A stretch of DNA of 31,019 nucleotides from the NCBI GenBank assembly GCA_036339875.1, contig JAYZAC010000160.1, forward strand, positions 1-31,019, in the 5' to 3' direction. The notes beneath the pieces are model-generated. The model did no database searches and was not told the DNA's origin. It saw only the letters and a list, made by a program, of their open reading frames with translations. This stretch comes from a bacterium (GTDB lineage: Bacteria > Muiribacteriota > UBA6191). The translations under genes and the position numbers were made by a program. Below are positions 16,089 to 25,418 of this stretch, in pieces; position 1 is the first letter of the stretch; every line of letters starts with the position of its first letter.

Positions 16089-17248
16089 TAACGGCCCTCT
16101 TTTTTCGGAATAGGTCCTCGATCTCTGGAGTCTGGGGCTCCTAAAGTGCCACCATCTACGGATTTCTGAGAATCTTCTTCTTCCGGACGGATTTGTAAAT
16201 TGTTGATACCTTTTACGTCAGAATTGTTTGGATCACTAACTGGGCCTCTTTCTCTTGAATCCGGTGCGCCGAGGGTTCCAGATTTTATGGCTACTTCTGC
16301 CTCAGAACTGGTACTCTCTTTACTTCGCTCCTGTTTTGAGAAAAACCCTCCCGGTGAATCGGCAGATTTAGAGTCGGGGTAAGAACTAGGTTTATCTGCC
16401 GCAGATTTACTACTAAACTCAGAATTTAAGCCAATATTTGTTTGATTGCTACTCGATTGATTTGGCTCATACGCATTACTTGAAAGGGAGTCTAAATTAT
16501 CATTTTGATTTTCTGAGTTTTTAGCACGTTGTTCCCTTACCCAATCACATGCTTTGTAGATTTTGCCATTGATTCCATTTGATTCTGCTGAAGCTAGGAA
16601 TACGAAAAGGTCTTGAATTTCTTCAGGAGTAACTTTTTCAGATTCATCTCCGTTATTGAAAAAATGAATATTACCATCTTCGATAAGACCTTCTGGATTG
16701 ATCAAGTTAGATGTTATTCGAGTATCTGAATACTCGCTTGCAAGAATATCTGAGAAGCCACTTAATGCAATTTTCGAGACATAATAAGCGCCTCCATGAA
16801 TATCGCCAGAAATATTTAAGGATCCGGTGATATGAATTAATTTACCATAATCTTGTTCAATCATATGAGGAAGTAAACATTGACTCATGTTGAGGGAACC
16901 CATCAAATTAACTTCCATAACGTTACGGAAGAGTTTGGGATCATAATCGGCGATGCATGTATTACTTCCAAAAATTGCCGCGTTATTTATCAGTATGTCT
17001 ACTGATCCAAATTCGTAAATTACTTTTTTAACAAAGTTGCTGACTTCCAGTGAAACCGTAATGTCGCACTGACTCCAGAGATATTTATCCTTATACAGCT
17101 TTAGACTTTCGTCCAAAGATTTCAAGTTTTCCAGACTTCGACCACAAATGGCTACGCGAGCACCCTCTCGTAAGTACGCTTTGACAATTGAGAGTCCTAG
17201 GCCTCGATAACCGCCCGTAATGATGGCTGTTTTACCCGAAAGTCGCAT
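16088..17248 (-). CDS. Short-chain dehydrogenase/reductase with a ~145-aa disordered C-terminal tail
   Basis: ITGGYRGLG, CDI, DILINNAAI, YYVSK (YxxxK); Ser/Asn/Asp-rich tail after ~aa 240. Confidence 0.85.
   Translation of the reverse strand: MRLSGKTAIITGGYRGLGLSIVKAYLREGARVAICGRSLENLKSLDESLKLYKDKYLWSQCDITVSLEVSNFVKKVIYEFGSVDILINNAAIFGSNTCIADYDPKLFRNVMEVNLMGSLNMSQCLLPHMIEQDYGKLIHITGSLNISGDIHGGAYYVSKIALSGFSDILASEYSDTRITSNLINPEGLIEDGNIHFFNNGDESEKVTPEEIQDLFVFLASAESNGINGKIYKACDWVREQRAKNSENQNDNLDSLSSNAYEPNQSSSNQTNIGLNSEFSSKSAADKPSSYPDSKSADSPGGFFSKQERSKESTSSEAEVAIKSGTLGAPDSRERGPVSDPNNSDVKGINNLQIRPEEEDSQKSVDGGTLGAPDSRDRGPIPKKEGR
16112..16279 (-). repeat. Two copies of the 13-aa motif GTLGAPDSR(E/D)RGP in the SDR tail
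   Basis: Copies at 16279-16241 and 16150-16112; 12/13 residues identical while 12/13 codons differ. Confidence 0.9.
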
Positions 17249-17371
17249 AATATTTGCTTTGGCTACGTTAAAATAAGAATTGGCCGCAAATTATATCATA
17301 AGTGACTAAAAATGAAGTCATACTTGGAAGCTTTACAGTTAGTATGTTTCAATGTATTTCGGAGGTCTACA

Positions 17372-18292
17372 GTGCAAAATGTAACAATTATAGGACACGG
17401 TCCAGCCGGACTGACCGCTGCTATCTATGCAGCGAGAGCGGGGCTAGCCCCATTAGTACTTAGTTCAAGTGCGGAACTAGGTCAATTAGATCAAACAACT
17501 GATGTGGAGAATTTCCCCGGTTTTCCGGTTGGAATAATGGGTCCAGAAATCATAGTAAATATGCATAAACAAGCGGAGAGATTTGGAGCTCAATTCAGAA
17601 CGGCGCATGTTTCGGCCGTGGAGGGTGATGGTCCTTACATTCTCAAGACAGATGATGGAGACATAAATACCAAAACTATAATAATTGCTACGGGCGCCAA
17701 GCCTAGGCGTCTAGGGCTAGATAGCGAGGCACTTTATTGGGGTCACGGGGTTTCAGCCTGTGCAGTTTGTGATGGATTTTTTTACAGAGGCCGTGAAGTA
17801 TTAGTGGTAGGCGGGGGTGATTCAGCTTGCGAGGAGGCCACTTTTCTTACCAAATTTGCCTCCAAGGTCACATTAGTGCATCGAAGAGATACCTTAAGAG
17901 CTTCAAAAGTAATGGCTGACAGAGTTATTGCCAATGAAAAGGTAGAGATTAAATGGAACTCGATCCTAAAAGAAATATTGGGAAATAAGGATGACGGGGT
18001 AACGGGTGTAATTTTAGAGGATGCCAATACGGGTGAAACGCAGAATCTATCTATGGATGGTGTATTTCTAGCTATTGGGCATATTCCCAATACTGCTCCC
18101 TTTAAGGATTTGATAGCCATGGATGAGGAAGGCTACGTGATTTTGGAAGAGGGAACTACTAAGACATCAGCCGAAGGGATCTTTGCCGCCGGTGACCTGC
18201 ACGATAAGGTATACAGGCAAGCAATTACTGCTGCTGGGTTTGGTTGTATGTCGGCTTTGGATGCTGAAAAATACATTGAGGGGCACGATTAA
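17372..18292 (+). CDS. trxB: Thioredoxin-disulfide reductase
   Basis: IIGHGPAGLTAAIYAARA, VENFPGF, CAVCDG active site, GGGDSA.EEA, HRRD, FAAGD...YRQAITAAG.G. GTG start at 17372 follows GGAGG. Confidence 0.95.
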   Translation: MQNVTIIGHGPAGLTAAIYAARAGLAPLVLSSSAELGQLDQTTDVENFPGFPVGIMGPEIIVNMHKQAERFGAQFRTAHVSAVEGDGPYILKTDDGDINTKTIIIATGAKPRRLGLDSEALYWGHGVSACAVCDGFFYRGREVLVVGGGDSACEEATFLTKFASKVTLVHRRDTLRASKVMADRVIANEKVEIKWNSILKEILGNKDDGVTGVILEDANTGETQNLSMDGVFLAIGHIPNTAPFKDLIAMDEEGYVILEEGTTKTSAEGIFAAGDLHDKVYRQAITAAGFGCMSALDAEKYIEGHD

Positions 18293-18318
18293 GCTACATA
18301 TCACAATATAATGATATA

Positions 18319-20208
18319 TTGGTTCTTATGCCTACTTGGCTAAGAATACGAGTTCACATAGTTTTTTCTTGCGTGCTGTGGGTTATGACATGCGATCAAT
18401 TAATCCACAGCTATCTCAATTTGCCTAGGTTTGAGTTAAGTAATTACCTTCCAATTACTTATACAATTTTACTGCTTCTGCTACTATTTAAGCCCGCTTA
18501 TACCAACTTTATAATCCTATTATTTCTAATCCCATGGCTTTATATTTTTAGTTATTGTTGGGTTTTTCTAGAGAGTTCTTTAGCTTACCTTTTTTTGTGC
18601 TGCTTACTAATAGTCTTAATTTTTTTTTGTTACTACATCAAAAAGAGCTTCATAGACTCTAGAAAAGAACTGCTTAAAGGTTTAGATAGTCTGAGACAAG
18701 GTAATACGTATGAATCTTGCGGAATTTCATTTTTTGATGAACGTGGCAAAGTCCTCAGGAATCTCAATCAATGGGCTAGTTTAATTAGAGAGCGTTCTAG
18801 AAGGATGCAGTTTATTTCTCCAGAAATTTGGCATGAGTTGAAAAATACTGGCGTGAGAGAGGAGAGAACATCCAAGGATCGTTGGGTTATTTCACTGGTA
18901 ATTAGTTGGGGTGATGAGAATACCAGTGGTTCATTCGATAGAATTTTACTTGATTGGATAGGATTTGTTTGTGATCAGTTAAATGCTTCTATTAATTGTT
19001 TCCATTCAGGTTATGCTGAACTAATAGTTATGGAAGAAAATAAGAAGCAGGGAAATGATGTACTTCTGCTATTGTCTGAATTTAAGTTGCAAAGTAAAAG
19101 GTCTGATCAATTTATAAAGCTTGTAGTGCGGCGGAACTTTATGAAAACCGGTGTGGTTTTAGAACCTGAAGGTTATCGATTTCGATGTGTAGACTTTAGT
19201 CTTGTAGAAGACCTTAAATTCTTAAGAGGACAATCTAAACAATTAACCCAAATATATATTCATGAAAGTTTGCGACAAAGTGCTGAGCAAGTCTTTCATT
19301 TGCAAGAGTCCATGGCGGATTATTTTCTAGTGCAGTCTGTTAAAAATCAGGATTACCATTTACAAAATCTACTCTCACATCAGGTTGAAGATAGATTGAA
19401 TAGTATTCGTGTGGTTGAAGCTCAGAGAAATATTACAGGGGTAGATACCTTAATAAAGTTATTGGGGGATGTTTCGCCGAGAGTGCGCATTGCTGCCGCG
19501 GGAGCACTAACGAAATTTGTTAATAAAGAGAATGAGAATCATATAGGTCAATCTTTACTTAACTGCTTAGAGAAAGAATGGAATCAAGATATGAGAGCCA
19601 CCTTGGTTATGTCTCTAGGAAAGTTAAGAAGCGAATCTTTAATAAAACCTCTTTATAAATTACTCTCAGATCAAAACGACAGAGTGAGAGCTAATGCAGT
19701 GGAAGCTATCGGGCAATGCATGGATAGAAAAACGGTTCTCAGATATTTAGATGGGCTATTGGATGATAGTAATAACCGAGCTCGCGCAAATGCTGCTATG
19801 GCAGTGTGGTTAATGGGTGATCGTAAAGGTTTTAGCGTATTACTGGGTATGGCACGTAGTACAGATTCGTTAATCAGTAGTTCTGGTTTGTATGGTATTG
19901 GTGAAATTTTCACGGATGAAAATATAAAGATTAATTCCAAATTTGTATCAAATCCTATTCGTTATTACTTCAAAGAAAAATCGCTATTCGATGACGCTCT
20001 AAAAGTATGTATTGATAAAACTTTGAGTGATGATGTTCTCGTCGAACGAAACGCCATAATTGCATTGGGTAAATTTCGTAGTAAAAAATCTGTGAATGCT
20101 TTGGAGTTTAAATTTTCAATTACGAAAGAACCGTCACTACGAAATTTAATTTTGAATACTTTATTAAATCTAGAGGAATTTGAGCTGGTAACGACCTTGA
20201 GAAAGTAG
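18319..20208 (+). CDS. Membrane protein with HAMP-like linker, degenerate class III cyclase-like domain and HEAT repeats
   Basis: About 4 N-terminal TMs; DERGKVLRNLNQW..LIRER...FISPEI (HAMP-to-cyclase junction pattern); clear HEAT_2 repeats (LLGDVSPRVRIAAAGAL, LLSDQNDRVRANAVEAIG, DSNNRARANAAMAV). Confidence 0.7.
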   Translation: MVLMPTWLRIRVHIVFSCVLWVMTCDQLIHSYLNLPRFELSNYLPITYTILLLLLLFKPAYTNFIILLFLIPWLYIFSYCWVFLESSLAYLFLCCLLIVLIFFCYYIKKSFIDSRKELLKGLDSLRQGNTYESCGISFFDERGKVLRNLNQWASLIRERSRRMQFISPEIWHELKNTGVREERTSKDRWVISLVISWGDENTSGSFDRILLDWIGFVCDQLNASINCFHSGYAELIVMEENKKQGNDVLLLLSEFKLQSKRSDQFIKLVVRRNFMKTGVVLEPEGYRFRCVDFSLVEDLKFLRGQSKQLTQIYIHESLRQSAEQVFHLQESMADYFLVQSVKNQDYHLQNLLSHQVEDRLNSIRVVEAQRNITGVDTLIKLLGDVSPRVRIAAAGALTKFVNKENENHIGQSLLNCLEKEWNQDMRATLVMSLGKLRSESLIKPLYKLLSDQNDRVRANAVEAIGQCMDRKTVLRYLDGLLDDSNNRARANAAMAVWLMGDRKGFSVLLGMARSTDSLISSSGLYGIGEIFTDENIKINSKFVSNPIRYYFKEKSLFDDALKVCIDKTLSDDVLVERNAIIALGKFRSKKSVNALEFKFSITKEPSLRNLILNTLLNLEEFELVTTLRK

Positions 20209-20212
20209 CAAG

Positions 20213-22936
20213 TTGAATTTTAGAAAATTTGAAATATTTTTGTTTATTTTATTTCTATCTCTTTGCGGATTTGGTTGGTTAATTAGCGATCGTTTGATTC
20301 GTAGTGATCTTCAAAAATTAATACTGGCAGAGGAGCAGCAGTTAAAAGATATAGAGTTTGAGCGAATCAAAAAATCCATGGAAAAAGAACTCATGCGAAG
20401 ATTGTCTTATTACTATTATACGGGTCAGATAGAAGATTTCAGTTCTTTTATTAAAACCCGCTATAAGGCAGTGAGAGTTTCTTTTACAAGAAATAAAAAA
20501 GAACAAATAAAATTATTATCTAAGTCAAAATGGGATTGGCATAATGAAGGTCAAAATTTGTTTCTTGAGGGCCTTCATTGTAACCAAGATCTATGTTTAG
20601 ATATTAAGATTCCATGGACTCGTTCCTGGCTCATAGATGGTGCAGCAAGTTTAGTACATGAGTTATCAGCAATCAATTTAATCGGATGGAGTGCTTTATT
20701 AGAGTCTTCTGAATTGAAGATACCAAAAGTAGTTAATGAATATGTGACAATCACGAGTCAGTTGGAAGGTCTAAAAATAGGTAGTCAATTATTCTACGGT
20801 TCAAAATTTGGCCCATCAAAACTAAATTTACACAGAATAACCGTAATAAATATTCAAAATTTAAGAGATCAAACTTTCGATTACTTTAAAAATTTATTGT
20901 GGCTAATACTGTGCATAGTAAGTAGTTCATATTTGATTTCATATTTTTGGAATCACCAACTTTACTCATCGAATCGTATTTTGGTAGTGATTTTATTGAT
21001 CATTTTCATTCCTGCTATAGTTTTAGGTCTTCAATCCAGTACTTTACTTCAAGAGCAAGAAAAGCAAATCAGGCATCAGCGCGAAGTAGAAGTAATTAAT
21101 CGTAGTGCCTTAAATTTGGTAAAACCCTCTTTTACTAGAGTTCGGCACCTTCTACCTTTTCAGGATGGAGGTATATACTCCATAAAAGATGGCTCTGAAT
21201 TACTTCTATTCACTGCTACTCTTGGTGAACTTAAAGGTAAACGCTATTTAGATAAAACAAGAGATAAAACTGGTGAATTAATTACTCTCGTTATTCTTTT
21301 TTGTCTTTCAATATTGAGCTACATCCTACTCTTCCGGAATAGTAACAAATTTTGGAGTCAATTAAATGAACGTTTAGAAAAACAGATGGTAAATAATGAA
21401 ACATGGCCAACTCAGGAGGAATTTACCGAAAATATAGTTTACAATTATTGGGATATATGGAGGTTGCAGTTAGACGCTGAAAAGCAGATTCAGCGTCGCT
21501 CTTTACAACAGCGCTTGGTCAATTTTGATTCGGATACTTTACTTAAGAATAGTGTAATTTCTGATTCATCGCCTTACCCAAAAGACTTAGATTGTGTTGT
21601 GGTATGCATAGCTCCCTTTGATACCAAAAATTTAGAGGAAAAACCGGCTAAAGATTATTTTGATAAATTGAATAGTTTCCTAGAAATATTCCGTCACACT
21701 TGCTTGAAGTATGGAGGCGTGCCTTTTATGGATGCCCATTGGCATCAGAAAGCTCTGTTTTCGTTTCCAAAAAGTTTTCTATCTTGTCAGAGAGCTATAT
21801 TGTTTGCCCTTGACTTCATAAAACAACTCGAAGAAACGGATTTACCATTTGGAGTCTCATATCGAGTAATTGCCAAACAAGGATGTCTAAATTTTTCAAA
21901 GATTGATAAAGGGCTTAAAAATGAAGTTTTAATCAAAGGTTCGGTATTGCAAGAATGTGACGATGCCATGGAACTTCTGGATAATTTGGATGGGTTTTGG
22001 ATTCATAATGACTTGATTACCGAAACTTTGCGGAGTTCTTTCAATGTAGGTTTGAATAAATTTGATGAATGGTTTCAATTAATAGGTGTTAAGAATATAC
22101 AGGATCATTTGAGTTTATTAGATTTTCCTAGTTCTGAATTGCAGAAGACAGCTCTTGAGTTAATATCTTTCAAAAAGGATGAGAGGGTATTAGATAAAAT
22201 TTTGGATAAACTACCTACTCTTGAGTCCGAAGTTAAAGACCAGGCGGTGAAGATAGTTTATGATTATCATATTAATAGCCAGAGTCGTCTCAAGATTTTG
22301 CGACAAATAACGAGATGGGCAGAAAAAGATTTTGATGAAATCGTTCTAAAAGTTCTGACTGAATTTAAGAAACAACCCATAAAATTTAATCAACCTGAAG
22401 TTGATATTTTATTACAACTAACTAAACCTATTCACAACGAAGTGGCTTTTTCTCTCATATTAGATAATACAGATTTTGAAAACATTGAGGAATTAGAGTT
22501 GCGTGTAGAGCGTTTATCAAATTTTATAAGAAGTCGCTTGGAAGTAATTAAATTTAATAAAAAGCCTTCGAATGAATGTTTAGATAAACTTTACGAATTT
22601 CTCGAGGAAACTGAGGATAAATTTTTAGCTCATATTCTGGAAATATGGTCTGAAATTGATCTAGTAGAACGAGAGCTTGCAGCTTCATGTTTTAGTAGCT
22701 GGTTTATTGAAAAAAAGGTAGCTTTTTTGACTAGGATACTTGAATTGGTTCGATCGGAAAATATAAGTATAAAATTAAGATCCTTGAGGGTAATAAGTAA
22801 CTTGAAGCTATATGATATTGAGTCTGATTTGGTCCGTATCTTTCACAACTCTCGAGATCCTGAATTCAAGTCAGAAATACTCTTTACATTACAAAATATA
22901 GGCTCTCACGCCTATCTGCTACAAAATCTAAATTAA
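20213..22936 (+). CDS. Membrane protein with extracytoplasmic domains, degenerate class III cyclase-like domain and HEAT-like repeats
   Basis: About 4 TMs. DYFDKLNSFLEIFRHTCLKYGG...KALF...QRAILFALDF...GCLNFSKI...EVLIKGSVL follows the adenylate/guanylate cyclase fold pattern without the catalytic Asp/Asn/Arg. Helical repeat C-terminus. Confidence 0.65.
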   Translation: MNFRKFEIFLFILFLSLCGFGWLISDRLIRSDLQKLILAEEQQLKDIEFERIKKSMEKELMRRLSYYYYTGQIEDFSSFIKTRYKAVRVSFTRNKKEQIKLLSKSKWDWHNEGQNLFLEGLHCNQDLCLDIKIPWTRSWLIDGAASLVHELSAINLIGWSALLESSELKIPKVVNEYVTITSQLEGLKIGSQLFYGSKFGPSKLNLHRITVINIQNLRDQTFDYFKNLLWLILCIVSSSYLISYFWNHQLYSSNRILVVILLIIFIPAIVLGLQSSTLLQEQEKQIRHQREVEVINRSALNLVKPSFTRVRHLLPFQDGGIYSIKDGSELLLFTATLGELKGKRYLDKTRDKTGELITLVILFCLSILSYILLFRNSNKFWSQLNERLEKQMVNNETWPTQEEFTENIVYNYWDIWRLQLDAEKQIQRRSLQQRLVNFDSDTLLKNSVISDSSPYPKDLDCVVVCIAPFDTKNLEEKPAKDYFDKLNSFLEIFRHTCLKYGGVPFMDAHWHQKALFSFPKSFLSCQRAILFALDFIKQLEETDLPFGVSYRVIAKQGCLNFSKIDKGLKNEVLIKGSVLQECDDAMELLDNLDGFWIHNDLITETLRSSFNVGLNKFDEWFQLIGVKNIQDHLSLLDFPSSELQKTALELISFKKDERVLDKILDKLPTLESEVKDQAVKIVYDYHINSQSRLKILRQITRWAEKDFDEIVLKVLTEFKKQPIKFNQPEVDILLQLTKPIHNEVAFSLILDNTDFENIEELELRVERLSNFIRSRLEVIKFNKKPSNECLDKLYEFLEETEDKFLAHILEIWSEIDLVERELAASCFSSWFIEKKVAFLTRILELVRSENISIKLRSLRVISNLKLYDIESDLVRIFHNSRDPEFKSEILFTLQNIGSHAYLLQNLN

Positions 22937-22978
22937 ATTTGTACCTATATTGTTTTAAATCCGTATAATGTCGCAACC

Positions 22979-23629
22979 ATGAAGCCCCGAGAAATTCAGA
23001 AAATAATGAACGAAGCCATTGCTCTTGTTCAACAAAATGAAAAAGAAAAAGCTCGTGAAAAGTTTGAGGAGTTACTCGATAAAGCTAATAATGACTCAGT
23101 TGTTTTATTTAATGCCGGTATTTTTTATTCTCAATTAGGTGAGCATCTAGAAGCTTCTGACTATCTTCATCAATCTCTTGAGAAGGATCCAAATAATAAA
23201 GAGACATTACGGCGGACTATTCTCGAAGATTTCCATATTGGAGGCGGAGAAGTTCTAGATTCGGACTTTATGGCTTTTGACCCTCAATATCTAGTAAAGG
23301 CTCAGGGTTTGATTGAAAATGCTTTGGAGAAGGATTCTTCAGCTGAAGACTTAAAAGAATTAATGGAGCGAGTTGAAACAACCATAATGCAGAATCGTTT
23401 AGCTTTTAAATTTTGCGAAGGTGATTTGAATTATTGTCGTCGTTCTGTAAGTCGAAAAAAAGAACTAACTAATCTTGATGAAAGAGTTATGGGATTCCTC
23501 AATCTTTTAGATTCTGGTGAGTATGATTATGTCCAAGGTAAATTTGGCGTGACACTTCGAGATGATCTCCCTAAAGATAGAGGACCTGGTTTTCTGGATC
23601 AAATTCGTAATTATCTACTCGGTAAATGA
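22979..23629 (+). CDS. Tetratricopeptide repeat protein
   Basis: VLFNAGIFYSQLGEHLEASDYLHQSLEKDPNN is a canonical TPR; ATGA overlap with the next gene. Confidence 0.8.
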   Translation: MKPREIQKIMNEAIALVQQNEKEKAREKFEELLDKANNDSVVLFNAGIFYSQLGEHLEASDYLHQSLEKDPNNKETLRRTILEDFHIGGGEVLDSDFMAFDPQYLVKAQGLIENALEKDSSAEDLKELMERVETTIMQNRLAFKFCEGDLNYCRRSVSRKKELTNLDERVMGFLNLLDSGEYDYVQGKFGVTLRDDLPKDRGPGFLDQIRNYLLGK

Positions 23630-24441
23630 TTTCTAAATTAAAAATAGCCGCGATTCAGTTGTGTTCATCTCCTGATAGACAGGACAATCTCGAGCGTACC
23701 TCTATTTTTATAGAAAAAGCAGTTGCAGCGGGTGCGCAGATGATTTCTCTGCCTGAGGTTTTTTCTTGTTTTACTCGTGATGATACTAAGTGGGAGAAAT
23801 CTGAAAGCCATGATGATTCAGAGACTTTGGCTTTTTTGCGAGAGCAAGCGTGTCGTCATAAAATTTTTTTGCATGGAGGTAGTTTTCATGTTCGTACTGA
23901 TACAGAGGGAAAAGTTTGGAATCGGAGCTATACCTTAAATCAAAAAGGTGAGATCTTGGGCTTTTACGATAAGATTCATCTATTTGATGTGAACCTAAAT
24001 AATGGTCAAAATTATTGTGAGTCATTACTCAGTCAGCATGGTTGTAGGCCCTCACAAGTCGTAGTCAATGGGATTCCAATGGGAATGTCTATTTGTTACG
24101 ATGTTCGCTTCCCAGAGTTATATAGACTACTCTCAAGGATGGGCTCAAAGGTTTTATTTGTTCCTGCGGCTTTCATCTATAAAACTGGCGAACCGCATTG
24201 GGAATTACTACTAAGAGCAAGAGCAATAGAAAATCAGTGTTATGTAGTAGCAGCAAATCAATGGGGCCAGCACAAGAATGGCTTCACAACTTGGGGACAT
24301 AGTATGATAGTGGATCCTTGGGGAGAAATCCTCGCTGAGTCACCCGAGGGAGAAGGGTTCATAATTGCTGAGATAGATTTTGATAAACAGGCTAAATTGC
24401 GACAGAATATGCCAGTACTACTACATCGAAGAATGTCATAA
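23626..24441 (+). CDS. Carbon-nitrogen hydrolase, Nit1/deaminated-glutathione amidase-like
   Basis: LPE, YDKIHLFDV, ICYDVRFPELYR (E-K-C triad), HWELLLRARAIENQCYV, GHSMIVDPWG. Confidence 0.9.
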   Translation: MISKLKIAAIQLCSSPDRQDNLERTSIFIEKAVAAGAQMISLPEVFSCFTRDDTKWEKSESHDDSETLAFLREQACRHKIFLHGGSFHVRTDTEGKVWNRSYTLNQKGEILGFYDKIHLFDVNLNNGQNYCESLLSQHGCRPSQVVVNGIPMGMSICYDVRFPELYRLLSRMGSKVLFVPAAFIYKTGEPHWELLLRARAIENQCYVVAANQWGQHKNGFTTWGHSMIVDPWGEILAESPEGEGFIIAEIDFDKQAKLRQNMPVLLHRRMS

Positions 24442-24476
24442 ATCCATTTCTATAAGTAATTGCCAAGGAGTTTAAT

Positions 24477-25418
24477 GTGAAAATTGGATTTGTGGTAGAC
24501 CCCTTGCAAACTTTACACAAAACCAAAGATACAAGCATGTTATTAATGCAGCATGCATGCGAAAGAAACTTTGAGGTTTACTGTTTCGATTCATGTGATT
24601 TATATCATAGAGGAGAAGTTAGGGCTGTTGCAAAAAGGGTTAAGGTTAATTTATCAGATGATCCACAATTTGAAGTTCAATATTCGGAGGATTTAGCTGT
24701 TAAAAGTCTTGATGTGTGCTTCATTCGTAAGGACCCACCGGTTGATATACATTACGTCAATATGCTGCAGTTATTGAGTATTGTAGAAGAACTGCCAAAT
24801 GGTCCTTTTTGGGTGAATTCTCCCAGCGCCTTACTAAAGGCAAACGAGAAGCTTTACGGGCTACGTTTTTCTCATTTATTTCCACCAACTTGTATTAGTT
24901 GCTCACCGGGACAGATTATGGAGTTTCAGTCTCAGATGAAGTCTTCTCTAGTTGTTAAACCCGTAAATGAGTTTTCGAGTCGAGGAATTTATATTCTTCA
25001 AGAGCGAGATCCTAATACAGATGCAATCCTAGATCAGATGACTTCATCCGGAAGGGATTATGTGATAGCTCAGAAATATCTAGAAAATGTAGTTCTCGGA
25101 GATAAACGTGTTTTTTTTGTAGATGGACTGGTTGAAGGGGTCATTTCCAGAATTCCTCGTGAGGGTGATTTTCGATGTGCTTTAGGTTTGGGTGCAAAGG
25201 TAGAATTGAGGCAATTGAATAGTAAGGAGCAAGCACTCTGTGATGAGTTAATTCAATTATTTAAGAGAGATGGTATGTTTTTTGTTGGTATCGATATTAT
25301 CGATGGTTGTTTGATTGAGGTTAATGTAACCAGTCCCACAGTGGTTCGACAGTACTGTGACTTAAGTGGAGATGCTCTCGACGCAAAAATATATGAAAAA
25401 GTCTTGGAAAAAATTTGA
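24477..25418 (+). CDS. gshB: Glutathione synthetase family ATP-grasp ligase (divergent loops)
   Basis: DP...KDTS, RKDPP, NEKL, GDKR, GIDII, EVNVTSPT; AAGGAG RBS before the GTG start. Confidence 0.82.
   Translation: MKIGFVVDPLQTLHKTKDTSMLLMQHACERNFEVYCFDSCDLYHRGEVRAVAKRVKVNLSDDPQFEVQYSEDLAVKSLDVCFIRKDPPVDIHYVNMLQLLSIVEELPNGPFWVNSPSALLKANEKLYGLRFSHLFPPTCISCSPGQIMEFQSQMKSSLVVKPVNEFSSRGIYILQERDPNTDAILDQMTSSGRDYVIAQKYLENVVLGDKRVFFVDGLVEGVISRIPREGDFRCALGLGAKVELRQLNSKEQALCDELIQLFKRDGMFFVGIDIIDGCLIEVNVTSPTVVRQYCDLSGDALDAKIYEKVLEKI

Noticed and set aside
17312..17371. 20-aa N-terminal extension of TrxB
   Set aside because: GGAGG precedes GTG 17372, where TrxB homology begins.
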